Of a stretch of DNA of 64,000 bases, positions 12,415 to 24,522 are shown one piece after another; positions within the stretch are counted from its first letter, which is position 1, and every line of letters starts with the position of its first letter. Source of the stretch: Carcharhinus amblyrhynchos (Eukaryota); NCBI GenBank assembly GCA_965287045.1, contig OZ336872.1:41106001-41170000 (forward strand), given 5' to 3'. The position numbers and the translations under genes were made by a program. The notes below the pieces were generated by a model that was given only the letters and a program-made list of their open reading frames with translations, made no database searches and was not told the DNA's origin.

Positions 12415-13320
12415 TGGGTGATTCTCCAATCTCATTGTGCCTGGCGCGGATCCCAGAGAATAGTGCATGGGTCTAAAAATCAGTTTTGCACCCACTGCCA
12501 AACAGTTTGCAATTCTCCCTTCTAAGGGCACGAACTGGATCGAACCCAGAAAGGGTGCAAGGCAGATTTGCATGAGATTGACTGGATTTTGATCTCATTA
12601 GCTAGTTTGGCACCCAAAGCTTTTCCTTCCCAGAATGTTCTCACCTCTGCGGCGAGTGGACACACCAGTGTCAATCACTACTAGTCTCGACTAGCGGAGA
12701 CCTGGCACGATGGTCACGCTGGAGGACCTGGGGGCCGTTAAAGTGTGGAAGGGGGCATTGTCAGGCAGTGCCCACCTGGCACACTGGCAATGCCCATCAG
12801 ACAGCCTGGTAGTGGCCACCAGACAGCTGGCACTGCCAGTCTGTTGGGGCAGTGTTGAGAGGGTAGGACATGAGTTGCGGGCATGATGGGGGTTGTGCAG
12901 GCGGGGGGAACCGACCAGGGTTTGTACCGAGCTGGATCATTAAGATAGTCATGAAAGCAGGTGGGGTCAAGAGTAAGGCAGGCTGACTCACCAGGATGAC
13001 CCTGATGGCCAATGACCCATGTCAGGGAGGGGTTGGGGGAATGTGGTGCTGATAGGATGGTGTGGGGAGGGAGTTCTGATGTCTGTGGGAGGGAGGGGGT
13101 CTCCCAGTGCACTGAGATCTGGCCTTGCAAAATGGTGCTCAGAATACAGGATCATGGATGTATTTAGCCCCCTCCCCAGTAGCAGCATGCAACCTCCAAC
13201 TTTCCAGAAAAGTGACTGAATGTGGGAGGATTGCATTCTGGAGCATCCTGAGAAACCATTGCAGATTGCTCCGTTATTTTCACCGTTAAGACCCTTAAAA
13301 TGTTTGGGAGATTCTGCTCC
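12415..13320. mobile_element. GC-rich non-autonomous DNA transposon (MITE-like)
   Basis: Ends GGGTGATTCTCC.../...GGGAGATTCTGCTCC form an imperfect TIR. The GC-rich interior with gtgcc/ggcac motifs resembles the elements at 42825 and 55273. Confidence 0.6.
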
Positions 13321-15354
13321 TTGTTTCTCAGTTAATCTCTGTGCTGTGTCAAGATGAAGGTTATCAATCCTGGAGAATTGACTAGTTTTCTCTAACTCCG
13401 TCGTCAGACATTCCTAACTTTCCACTTCCCATTGCAGCTGGGGCTCCTTTAGCGATATTGGCAATTGGTGCTATGATATGAGCACTTTTTTGTTGTGACC
13501 TTGGGTGTATTTTTAAATGATTTAAAGGAAACTACATAATTTTTCTTTGCAAGTTTTTAAACCTTAATGCTTTGATTAATTTTCATGTTACTTTCAGCTT
13601 CAAAACTGCATATTTTCCAGATGAACAGTAGGCAATTAATTTCATGCAAATAGGTAGCAGTAAATATTGAGATATAGATGTAGTAGAGATGTTTTTCAGT
13701 GTATTGTTGGGAATGATTCACATCTTGTCCCTTGCAGCTTTCTAATCTGAAGGCTAGATCCAGTGGTACCATGTGCCCGCTGGTTTGCAGTGGGTGAAGG
13801 GGAGTTACAGAACTGGAGAGTAGGTACAGTCCCCATTTCCTACTGGGCGCAGTTTGGTTGTTTTCTACATTTGGTGGACTGACGTACTTACAGTCATAAA
13901 GTGCCAAATTTAATGCAGAATATTTAAATAAAAACCTACTGCAATTAGCTTCATGCCATACATACTGCTTTCCTTCCTTCAAACTGAAGCAAGAGAAGCC
14001 TTTTAGATTACTGGAAGATTTATCTTTTATTGGAAGTTTTCCTTTTCTGTCAATGATTTAGTTAAAAGTGACTCTATATCCTATTGTTTTATGGAAGGGG
14101 AATCAAAACCAAGTATTGTCTTTAAGTGTGGTACAGTTATGGGGAATAATTGGACTAGAGTGTGCAGTTGCAATGCCTTTACCATTTTGAAGTCATATAG
14201 TCTGCCTTTCCTTAATTGATCTGCAGCAACGACACTTAGAGCCAACATTTAACATGAGATTACCACTTCTAGCGATTGACAAGATCATCACTGCCACCAA
14301 TCGTTGACCCAATTTTGGCTACCATCTCAAAGCTAATTCATGTACTATCTGCACCAAACAGATGACTGATATTTGATAGTCAGTGTGTGCTGCCATCTTT
14401 CTCACTGAAATACATAATGTAGCTGCTGCATTTCCAAAAGTATTGGAAGGAGCTAAGTGGAATATCATTGAGGATTGTCGTTTTCATCCAGCATTGCAGT
14501 CGGTGATCATATTTGTAATAACAGTTTTATATGCAAAGTTGTGGAATGTGTGTCTGGTTAGGTACGTTGCATCGTAACAGTGTGCTGTGCTGAGGCCTTA
14601 ATTTGCATAATTGAAAAGGAACTTTGCATACAAAATTATGTGTAACTTAGTCAACAGTGCTTTATTGCTGTAGAATTTTGGGCTAACTACCATCCACACT
14701 ATTAATTACCAAATTCCCTCAATGTGTTATCTTGTTTTATATCTATTCTCAGATTTGAACTCAGTGAACCCCGTTACTGAATCTAGTTATTATTTCCTGG
14801 TAGGCATGGCGCTAATTGCTGCGGAATGTTTCAATAAGGGGAACCTTCTTGTGGTCACAAGTCCTTTTGCCCAATACTGTGCTGCACCATGAGTTTCCCA
14901 CAGATTTGTTTTGTGCCATGTTAGATTTATTTCTTATTGATCTCACCCAACACTTCTTCCTTTGGATTTGATTACTTTTTGTTTTCTAACAAGTACCAAC
15001 CATTTTAAGGGGCTGCATCTCTCTACATTTAAAAGGACTGTGTGCTTATAATAGATTATTATGCTAAGTCACATTCCCTGTTCAAGTTCTAAGTGGCACA
15101 GGATGTGATTGGCTGTCAATTAGACTTATAGAGTCTGGTGAAACCTGTTCCATTGACATCGAACTTGGGACTCTGATTTCTAGCCAAGGATCTTGAATAA
15201 AGCCTTGGAAGCAAATTTTCTTTAGGTACCAAGATTAAGCATAAAATGATTAATGGACAAGCATTAAGCCATTTGATTTTGAATTGTGGATGTAGTTGTA
15301 GGGAGGATATGGATAGTTTTATCTTTGAGCAGTAGGGTAAAATGAGCAATACTG

Positions 15355-16942
15355 TATAAGAACATAGATAGGAGCAGGAGTAGGCCATCTGGCCCTTGAG
15401 CCTGCTCTGCTACTCAGTAAGATCATGGCTGATCTTTTTGTGGACTCAGCTCCACTTACCTGCCCACTCACCATAACCCTTAATTCCTTTACTGTTCAAA
15501 AATTTATCTATCCTTGCCTTAAAAACATTCAATGAGGTAGCCTCAACTGCTTCGCTGGGCAGGGAATTCCACAGATTCACAACCCTTTGTATGAAGAAGT
15601 TCCTTCTCAACTCAGTCCTAAATCTGCTTTCCCTTATTTTGAGGCTAGTTCTAGTTTCACCTGCCAGTGGAAACGTCATCCCTGCTTCTATCTTAGCTAC
15701 TCCTTTCATAATTTTCTATGTTTCTATAAGATCTCTCTTCATTCTTCTGAATTCCAATGAGTATAGCCCCAGTCTCCTTAGTCTCGCCTCATAAACCAAC
15801 CCTCTCAAATCCAGAATCAACCTAGTGAATATCCTCTGCAACCCCTCTAAAGTGCTAGTATATCCTTTCTCAAGTAAGGAGACCAAACCTGTATACAGTA
15901 CTCCAGGTGTGGCCTCACCAGCACCTTATACAGCGGCAACATAATCTCACTGTTTTTCAACTCCATTCCTCTAGCAATGAAGGACAAAATTCCATTTGCC
16001 TTCTTAATTACCTGATGCACCTGCAAATTAATTCCTTGATATTCCTGCACAACTCCTTGAGATTCTGTGCCCCTCTGCACAGCAGCATGGTGCAATTTTT
16101 TACCATTTAAATAATAGTCCATTTTACTGTTATTCCTACCAAAATGAATGATCTCACATTTATAAACATTGTATTCCATCTGCCAGACACTTGCCCACTC
16201 ACTTAGATTATCTATATCCCTTTGCAGAGTTTCAGTGTCCTCTGCACACTTTGTTCTTTCACCCATCTTAGTGTCATCTGTGAATTTTGACACACAACAC
16301 TTGGTCCCCAACTCCAAATTATCTATGTAAATCGTAAACAATTGCGGTCCCAACACTGATCCCTGAGGCACACCACTAGTTACTGATCGCCAACCAGAAA
16401 AACACCCATTTGCACCCCCTCTTTGCTTTCTGTTAGTTAACCAATCTTCTATCCTTGCAAATACATTACCCGAAACACTGTGCACTTTTATCTAATGTAG
16501 CAGTCTTTGGTACGGCACCTTGTTAAATGCCTTCTGGAAATCCAGATACACCACATCCACAGGTTCCCCATTGTCCACTGCACATGTAATACTCTCAAAG
16601 AATTTCACCAAATTAGTCAAACATGACCTGCACTTCATGAACCCATGCTGCGTCTTACCAATGGGACAATTTATATCCAGATGTCTCGCTGTTCCCTTGT
16701 TGATGATAGATTCAAGCATTTTCCATATTGCAGAAGTTCAGCTAACCTCCTTTATATCTACCTCCTTTTTTAAACAGCGGCGTCACATTTGCTGTTTTCC
16801 AATCTTGGGAGCCACCCCAGAGTCCAGCAAATTTTGGTAAATTACCACTAATGCATTTGCTATTTCTCCTGCCATCTTTTTTAGTACCTTGGGATGCATT
16901 CCATCAGGACCAGGAGACTTATCTACCTTTAGCCTCATTAAC
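15355..16942 (-). mobile_element. 5'-truncated CR1 LINE (RT domain plus 3' tail), relatively young
   Basis: ORFs 16492-16719, 15847-16485 and 15446-15709 give QHGFMKCRSCLTNL, VDVVYLDFQKAF, SGVPQGSVLGPQLF, KFTDDTK, RPHLEYC and RVVNLWNSLP; tail GGCCTACTCCTGCTCCTAT..GTTCTTAT. Confidence 0.95.
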
Positions 16943-18924
16943 TTATTTCATTGTCTTATACGCCTCGCTCATTTAAGTCACTGGTCAGGCAACTTCTTAA
17001 GGTCTATAACAAGTGAATGATGTGAAATTATCATAGTGTTTTAGTGCCAAAGTTAAAATTTCCCAACTTTAAATTGATTTAAAATGTTGATGCTCCCTGA
17101 ACAGGCAATTTTATTTGATAACACTGATAAAACACCCAAAATATGAGAAATAGAATCTAAAAATATTCGCAAGCTTTGCCTGTCATGTATCCATTTTTCA
17201 TGTTAATTAGTGATGACGATAGCTATCTAAAATAAAACTATTATTTTACTGATATGTAACAGTGATTCAAAATTAATGCTTAATCAGCAAATCACACACA
17301 AACTGCTACCTGTTTTTTGCATCAAATTTTAATTTGACCCTGTGCTAATGTCAATACAGAAAGCAGTGATGTTACAGCAGAATTAGACTCATAGCTAAAA
17401 CAAGAACCAACAATAGAAATAATTTTGATCCACAACTGTGTCTTTCCCTTGATTGCATTGTTCCCCAACCAATTTTGGCTTTAATGTTGAAAGTTTGTAT
17501 GAAATACATTTTGACTAACTGGTTGATCTCACTTGACATTGTTCATGGATATTTTGGGATTTGGACACAGGTTTGTGATGTCTGTTGCAGTTCTGTTCCT
17601 GACCAGAGAGGGTAACAAAGTGCAGCACCCAGGGTTTGGAACGCCGTGTGGCTGGAGATCAGCGTACACACTTTGAAATTAAAACTAATAATATTAAAAG
17701 AGTCAGGAGTTACCTGTTTCATTACAACAAATATTAAACCAGTGCTGATTTAGACAATACCTTCAATAAACTCATGGACCTAATCATTTAGGCAGAAATA
17801 TGGGACATGAGTTGTACATTCTTAGAGAAACAGGAATAGGAGGGAAACAAGTTTAAAAACTTGCTGATTAAACTAGTCTCTATATTCATAGCTGTACTAT
17901 TTTAGTATGAACCAACTGCTGAGTACGTCATCAGTTACTTCTAGGATCTGTCCTATGCCCAAGTATAATGCAATTTGTACAGTGGGTCATGGACCTAATG
18001 TTGTGGCAAACTATTAGTGCATATATATCGTAAATCTACTTTAAATGCGAACATTTGGCTGTCAAGATGATGATGAAGATGCTAATTATTGCTATTTCTA
18101 ACCTTCACATTTTGGAACAAATTGCAAGGCCTACTTACCAAAGGAATAGGCTGTCAACAATGAAAAGAACATTTCATTAAATCCCACAAAATGTAGTCAA
18201 ACTTGTTTCATTTTAACGATCTGGCCTGCTGTTGCTCTTGGAAAAACAGATAGGCATACTGGTATCAGTGCTACTCAAAGGGTGTCCCCTGTTTTACCTT
18301 GAAAATGCTGGTTTTAGTCAAACACTTATTTTACATTCAGATAAAGGCAAGGAATCATAAAATCAGGGATGGGAGGGGGCTGGGTGGGTGGTACAAATTG
18401 GGTCTGACCCATTTCAAAGACTTGAAACCAGATGCTTTCACCACATATAATTGTGTAAATAATTGTTGATTGGCAGAAGCAGAAACCTGAGCTTCATTTA
18501 ATTCCTGAGTAAACACAGTCTCCCATGCAGCAAATAAAAATCATGCCATTGATCATATATGAGATATTCACCAAACATTAATGAGCAGGATATGGTTTCT
18601 CTTTTTTACAATTTCCAGTGTTCATAATGCCAAGGTGTCCTGTTTCTTTTTCAGGTTATCTTTTTAAATTTTTATCTGTGCGGCAAGTTTATCTGCTTTT
18701 CTTTCTGATATATTTATAAAAATATAAATACGCCATGCAGTTTAAAAGTTGTTGCACGAATATGGGAACTGTGGCCTATTGCACTGATGTATATAGGGTA
18801 GTAGCTCCACGTATTTTTCGGTGAAGAAATTCAAAGCCACCTTGTTAACTCATGCTTTTAGTGCTTAACAATATAGCATGTACACAGACCTGACCACCTG
18901 AGATTCTTCATTATATTTTAGAAG

Positions 18925-19205
18925 TAAAGTTTATTTATTAGTCACAAGTAGGCTTACATTCACACTATAATGAAGTTACGGTGAAAATCCTCTGGTCACC
19001 AAACTCCAGTGTCTGTCTGGGTACGCTGAAGCAGAATTTAGCATGGCCAATGCACCTAACCTGCACATCTTTGGATTGTGGGAGGAAACCCACACAGACG
19101 CAGGGAGAATGTGCAAACTCCACACAGACAGTGACCCCAGCGGGAATCAAACCTAGGTCCTTGGTGCTGTGAGACAGCAGTGCTAACCACTGTGCCACCG
19201 TGCTG
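18925..19205 (-). mobile_element. tRNA-derived V-SINE (HE1-like head/core, alternative tail)
   Basis: Minus strand: CACGGTGGCACAGTGGTTAGCACTG, core GTGTGGAGTTTGCACATTCTCC, tail CCGTAACTTCATTATAGTGTGAATGTAAGCCTACTTGTGACTAATAAAT. Confidence 0.9.
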
Positions 19206-19225
19206 TGAAGGATCTTCCTAATATC

Positions 19226-19410
19226 CAAGGAAATCTGCCGTCTTTACCTGGTCTGGCCTACACTTGACCCCAGATCCACACCAATGTGGTTGACTCTCAG
19301 CTGCCCTCTGAAATGGCCTAGCAAGCCATACTGTAAGGGCAACTATGGACAGACAATAAATGCTGGCCTGCCAATGATGTCCATGTCCCACGAACAGATT
19401 AAAAAAAAGT
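19226..19410 (+). mobile_element. 3' half of the SINE family seen at 6395
   Basis: GGAAATCTGCCGTCTTTACCTGGTCTGGCC...GAAATGGCCTAGCAAGCC..AATAAATGCTGGCC, ending in an A-rich run. Confidence 0.75.
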
Positions 19411-19737
19411 CAGCAGCCTGTTTGCTGGTTGGTGGCCCCTGATCTCTTAACCTCAGCCCTATAGTGATGTCACCGCATCATACTTAATGAAATAATGAAA
19501 TGAGCTGCCCTTCCCTTCAAGTTCTTCTACACAGCTAGCATTGGATTATTGTTCACCACATGTGCAAGGAGTGTCAATATCTGCTAACCCAGCCAAGCAA
19601 CGTTCCTTTTCACAGAAGTTCTTTGGTTAGTACAGCTATTGATAGTTTGAAAACTGATTTTCTGATTATGACATTGGATCTAAAAATGATGGAAGTTTGC
19701 TGCGAAATGTGAATCAGTTAATTTGGTGAAAACTTTC

Positions 19738-21630
19738 CCACATAGAAGCAGGAGTAGGCCAGTTGACTCCTTGAGCCTGCTGCACCATTCAACTAGATTA
19801 TGGCTGATCTTCTAACTCAGTGCCGCTTTCCTGTAATATCTTTATTCTATATTTAGGATAAATAGATCCCTAAATATCTTTAAGATCTAGAAATCTATTC
19901 ATTCTGTCCTGAATGTACTTGATGCGTAAGTCTCTACAGCCCCCTGGGGTAGAAAATTCCAAAGAAATATTGCCTCACCTCATGACCTTGTCTGTTATTG
20001 TGAGACCTTGTTCCTAACTTTTACACCTCAGTCAGGGGAACATATTTCCTGCATCTACTCTATAGAGCCCTGTAAGAATTTTATGTGCTTCAATGAGATC
20101 ACCTCTCATTCTTCTAAACTCTTGTGAAATATAGGCCTCATTTTCTCAATCTCTCCTCATAAAACAAGCCCGCTATCTCGGGAATCAGTCTGGTGAATCT
20201 TCATTGATCTCCCTCTATGGCAAGTGTAATGTCCCTGAGGTAAGGAGACAGAAACTGCACTTGAAATCTAGGCACTGTCTCTCTAAGGCTCTATATACTT
20301 GCAGAAAGACTTCTTTACACCTGTATTCAAATCTTCTTACAATCAAGGCCAACATACCATTTTCCTTCATAGTTACTTGCTGTACCTACATATTAGCTTT
20401 CAGTGACTTGTGAACAAGAACCTCCAGGTCCCTTTGGACACCAACACTTCCCAATCCCTCATCAGTTAAAAAATATCCTGTTTTTATTTGTCCCATCAAA
20501 GTGGAGCATTTCACATTTTTCCATGTTATATTTCATCTGCCATGTTGTTGCCTACTCACTTAGCTTGTACAATTCCCTTAAAACCTTTTTGCATCCTCCT
20601 CACAACTCTCATTCCCACCCAGTTTTTGTATCATCAGCAAACTTAGAAATATTACATTTGGCATCTACATCCAAAAGATTGATATAGACTGTGAATAACT
20701 TAAGGACTGATAACTTACAGTAATTCACTAGTCACAGCCTGTCAAGCTGGCAATGACCCATTTATTCCTACTCTCTCTTTTCTATCTGTTAACCAATTCT
20801 CAGTCCATGCCAGATCACCCCTGTCCCATGTACTCTAATTTTGCTCACTGACCTGTTTGAGAACTTTTTGAAAGCTTTCTGGAAATCCAAATGCATCTCA
20901 TTCACTGGTTCCCCCTTCTGCTAGTTACATCCTCAAAAAAAACTGAAACAAGTTTGTCAAATATGATTTTCTTTTTGTCCAAATTGATTCTGTCTATTAT
21001 TTTCTAAGCATCCAGTTATCACAACTTTTATAATAGATTCTAGCTTTGTCCCTATTGCTGATGTCAGGCTAAACAGGTCTATAGTTCCCCACTTTCTCTT
21101 TCTCCCCTTTCTTAAAAAGTGCGTTTACCTTCCAGTTTGCAGGAACAATTCCAGAATCTGTAGATATTTGGCAGATGACCACCAACACATCCATTATCTC
21201 CACAACTAACCCTTCCAGCACTCCGTGATGTAGATAATCAGGTCCAGGAGGTTTATCAATTTAAATTCCCATTAATTTCTCCAGTAGTATTCCAGCTCCT
21301 CATTCTCCTAGTCCTATGTTTCTGTAGTATACCAGGAAGGTTTTTTATTTCTTCTCCCTGAAGACAGACACAGAGGGAGGAATTTTCCGGCCCTTCCTGC
21401 TAGCTAGCTCTTCTAGTTGTATCATAATCGACTCTCTGTTGCAGGTTATCCGCTGGTAGGGCTGGTGATCCATGCTGAAGTCCCTAAGCCTTAGTGGGAC
21501 CAAAAGATTTTGCCGGTGGCTAATGGCTCTGTAGTCACCAGAGGAAATACTGGCCAAAGTATTTGTTTACTTTCAGACACTTCCCTCTTCCCTACTATAC
21601 ATTTGGGAATCTCTGATTGTAATGGGGCCC
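19738..21630 (-). mobile_element. Older CR1 LINE fragment containing a small MITE-like insertion (~21376-21556)
   Basis: Tail CATAGAAGCAGGAGTAGGCC at the left end and RT remnants (gtatcatcagcaaactt = KFADDT on minus strand). The inner insert is bounded by GGGAGGAATTTTCC.../...GGAAATACTGGCC. Confidence 0.85.
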
Positions 21631-23783
21631 ATGTTTGGGATTCCATGAAAAGTTATAACTAATGCCATCAGTTACGACTGAGTCTTTAACAATCTGAATA
21701 TTAGTTGTTGCTCAACAGTAGACCTAGCCCAGAAAAAATGCTTTGTTTGTACATTGTTGTTAAATATCTCTTATGATTTATGAAAATTTTTAAGCTAATT
21801 GTTTTTAAATCTGATTGCATACCTATTCTTCTGCTCTGTTTTAAAAAAAAATATCTGATTATTAATACTTTGCTGCTTGGCTAGCTGTGAGAATTCTTTA
21901 GTGTGATTGGCTCCTTTGACTGCTTGATACTGTCACCTCAGCACCATGCTGGGAATCTCCAACAATAGACAACACTACGATCCATTGCATGGCATGAGAT
22001 GCAAGATCTTTCAGTAAGCTTGCTTCAAGGTCAGCAGCACACGCCCTTGCTTTGCCATTTGGAAAATCCAGATCATCATGTCACTTAATGTAAAAATATA
22101 TATAAAAGAGACACAGAGGTTTTATATGGTGCATTTATTTTGTTGGAATATATTGGTTTTATTTGAAAGTAACATTCAAGTTGATTAGTAGAAGCTGCTA
22201 ACAGATTAACATTTCTGGCGCTCCATTTCAAGTTACTCTGCTTGTAGCCAAAAACAACTGTTGTTATGGGCCTGAGCACATGGAACCTGTAGCTGTGTTG
22301 GCTTTGCCTTAATTGTTATTTAGCCCTATGCTACTACAATTCTGCACACAAGTGCTGGATAATGAACTTAACTGACATTTCCTACTAGTTACGTGACTCC
22401 TCATGAAGGGGAGGGGACATTATTTCAAGCAATTATTGTTTGGCTGTTATTCTTGCTACGAATAAAGTGGCATTCACGGGTGGTGTTAGCAATTTGATGC
22501 TTATTGCAATACTTTCTAATTGCAGGCAGTTGAAGGAAGCACTGCAAAACTCTGTGTTGGATTGTCTCATTTATGCAGTTTTTGGATCAATGAAAATGCT
22601 TTCTAAGAATTTAAAAGCTACCTTGCTATTTCAAGCATTTCCACTCTATACTGTTCCTCTTTGCCACTGAAACCCATTTGGTTCATTAATGTCCTTTAAG
22701 GAAGGAAATCTGCTGTCCTTGCTTGGTCCTGCCTACACATGACTCTGACCCACAGTAATATATTGACTCTTACATGCTCTCTGAAATGGCCTAGCAAGCC
22801 ACTCTGTTGTGTCCAACCACTGTGAAGAAAACGCAAAGGAATGAAACTGGATGGACAACACGGCACCAACCTAGGCACTGGAAATGACTATGGCAAACCA
22901 GCTCTGTCAACCCTGCAAAGTCTTCCTTACTAACATCTGAGGGCTGGTGTAAAAGTTCAGAGAGCTATCTCACAGACTAGTCAAACAACAGACTGACACA
23001 GTCATACTCGTGGAATCATACCTTACAGATAATGTCCCAGACACCATCATCATCATTCCTGGGCGTGTTCTGCCCCACCATTAGGACAGACCCAGCAGAG
23101 GTGGCAGCACCCTAGTGTACAGTCAGGAGGGACGTTTACTGGCATTCCTCAAGATCAACTCTGGACTCTGAAGTTTCATGGCACCAGATCAAAAATGGAC
23201 AAGGAAACATCCTGCTGATTACCACAGACTGTGCCCCTCAGCTGATGAATCAGTACTCCTCTGCATTGAACACCACTTGAAGGAAATATTAAGAGTGGCA
23301 AGGCCACAGAATGTTTTCTGGATAGAGGACTTCAACATCCATCACTAAGAGTGACTCAGTACTACCACCACAGACTGAGTTGGCCAGGTACTAAAGGACA
23401 TAGCTGCTAGACTGGAACTGCAGGAGGGGCTGAGAGAACCAACAAGAGGGAACAACATACTTGACCTCATCCTCACCAAGCTCTCCTACAACAGATGCAT
23501 CTGACAGTATTGGTAGGAGTGACCACCACACAGGTCTTGCGGAGGTGAAATTCCGTCTTCACGTTGAGGATATCCTCCACTGTGTTGTGTGGCATGGTTA
23601 CTGTGCTGAAGGATAGACTTCAAATAGATCTAGCAACTCAAGGCTGGACATCCATAAGGCACTGTGAGCCATCAGCAGTAGCAGAATTGTACTTGACCGC
23701 AATCTCTGATCTCATGGCCTGGCATATCTCCCACTTGACCATTACCACCAAGCTCAGGGATCAATCCTGGCTCAATGTGGAGT

Positions 23784-24011
23784 CAGTAAAAAGTCTGACA
23801 ACACCAGGTTTTAGTCCAACCGATTTATTTGATAGTAAACTCACAAGCTTTCGGGTTAGCCTCAGATAGAGGCCAGAACTCTCCATTCACCTGACGAAGG
23901 GGCTAACCCGAAAGCTTGTGAGTTTACTATCAAATAAATTGGTTGGACTAAAACCTGGTGTTGTCAGACTTCTTACTGTGTTTACTCCAGTCCAATGCCG
24001 GCACATCCACA
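23784..24011 (+). mobile_element. Short Penelope-like (PLE) insertion with an inverted 5' segment
   Basis: Flanked by a 12-bp duplication TCAATGT(G/A)GAGT (23772-23783 and 24012-24023). Arms 23784-23861 and 23901-23978 are 76/78 reverse-complementary. The 3' end AATAAA..GTTGGACTAAAACCTGGTGTTGT...CCAGTCCAATGCCGGCACATCCACA resembles shark PLE terminal repeats as recalled. Confidence 0.8.
23886..23922 (+). ncRNA. Minimal type-I hammerhead ribozyme motif
   Basis: UUCAC-CUGACGA-A-GGGGCUAACCC-GAAA-GC-UU-GUGAG: core boxes CUGANGA and GAAA, stem II GGG/CCC, stem I UCAC/GUGA, and a loopless palindromic stem III (AGCU). Predicted cleavage after 23917. Confidence 0.7.
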
Positions 24012-24404
24012 TCAATGTAGAGTGCCAGAGGGCATGCCAGAAGTAATACTGGGGATAATTAAAAATGAGATGACAACCTTTGAAGCTACAACACAGGAAT
24101 ACTTGTGCGCCAAGCAGCATAGGTAGCAACTGATAGAGCTAAGCGATCCCACAACCAAAGGATGAGATCCAAGTTCTGAAGTCCTGCCACATTCAGCCGT
24201 GAATAGTGAATGAACAGATAAACAACTCACTGGAGAAGACTCCACGAATAGCCCTATCTTCAATGAAAGAGGACTCCACATCTGTGCAAAAGATAAGGCT
24301 GAAGCATTCACAATGAACTTCAGCCAAGTGGATGATCCATCATGGCCTCCTCAGGAAGTCCAAGTTCCACAATGTCAGTTTTCAGCCAGTTTGGTTCACT
24401 CCAT

Positions 24405-24522
24405 GGCTCTGATTTTACCGGCACAGTTGCCTGAGGTTCTTAAGATCATGCCCGAGGCTAATGGGGAATGCCATTCTGCGAGCCTGGATTTTCGGAGCTG
24501 CCGTGCCAGTAAAATCAGGGCC
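24405..24522. mobile_element. 118-bp MITE-like insertion in the LINE
   Basis: TIRs GGCTCTGATTTTACCGGCAC and GTGCCAGTAAAATCAGGGCC (18/20 complementary); LINE sequence resumes on both sides. Confidence 0.7.

Noticed and set aside
12738-13236. Clusters of overlapping Pro/Gly-rich ORFs here and at 43044-43591 and 55445-56217
   Set aside because: Stop-poor GC-rich interiors of MITE-like repeats, with no protein motifs
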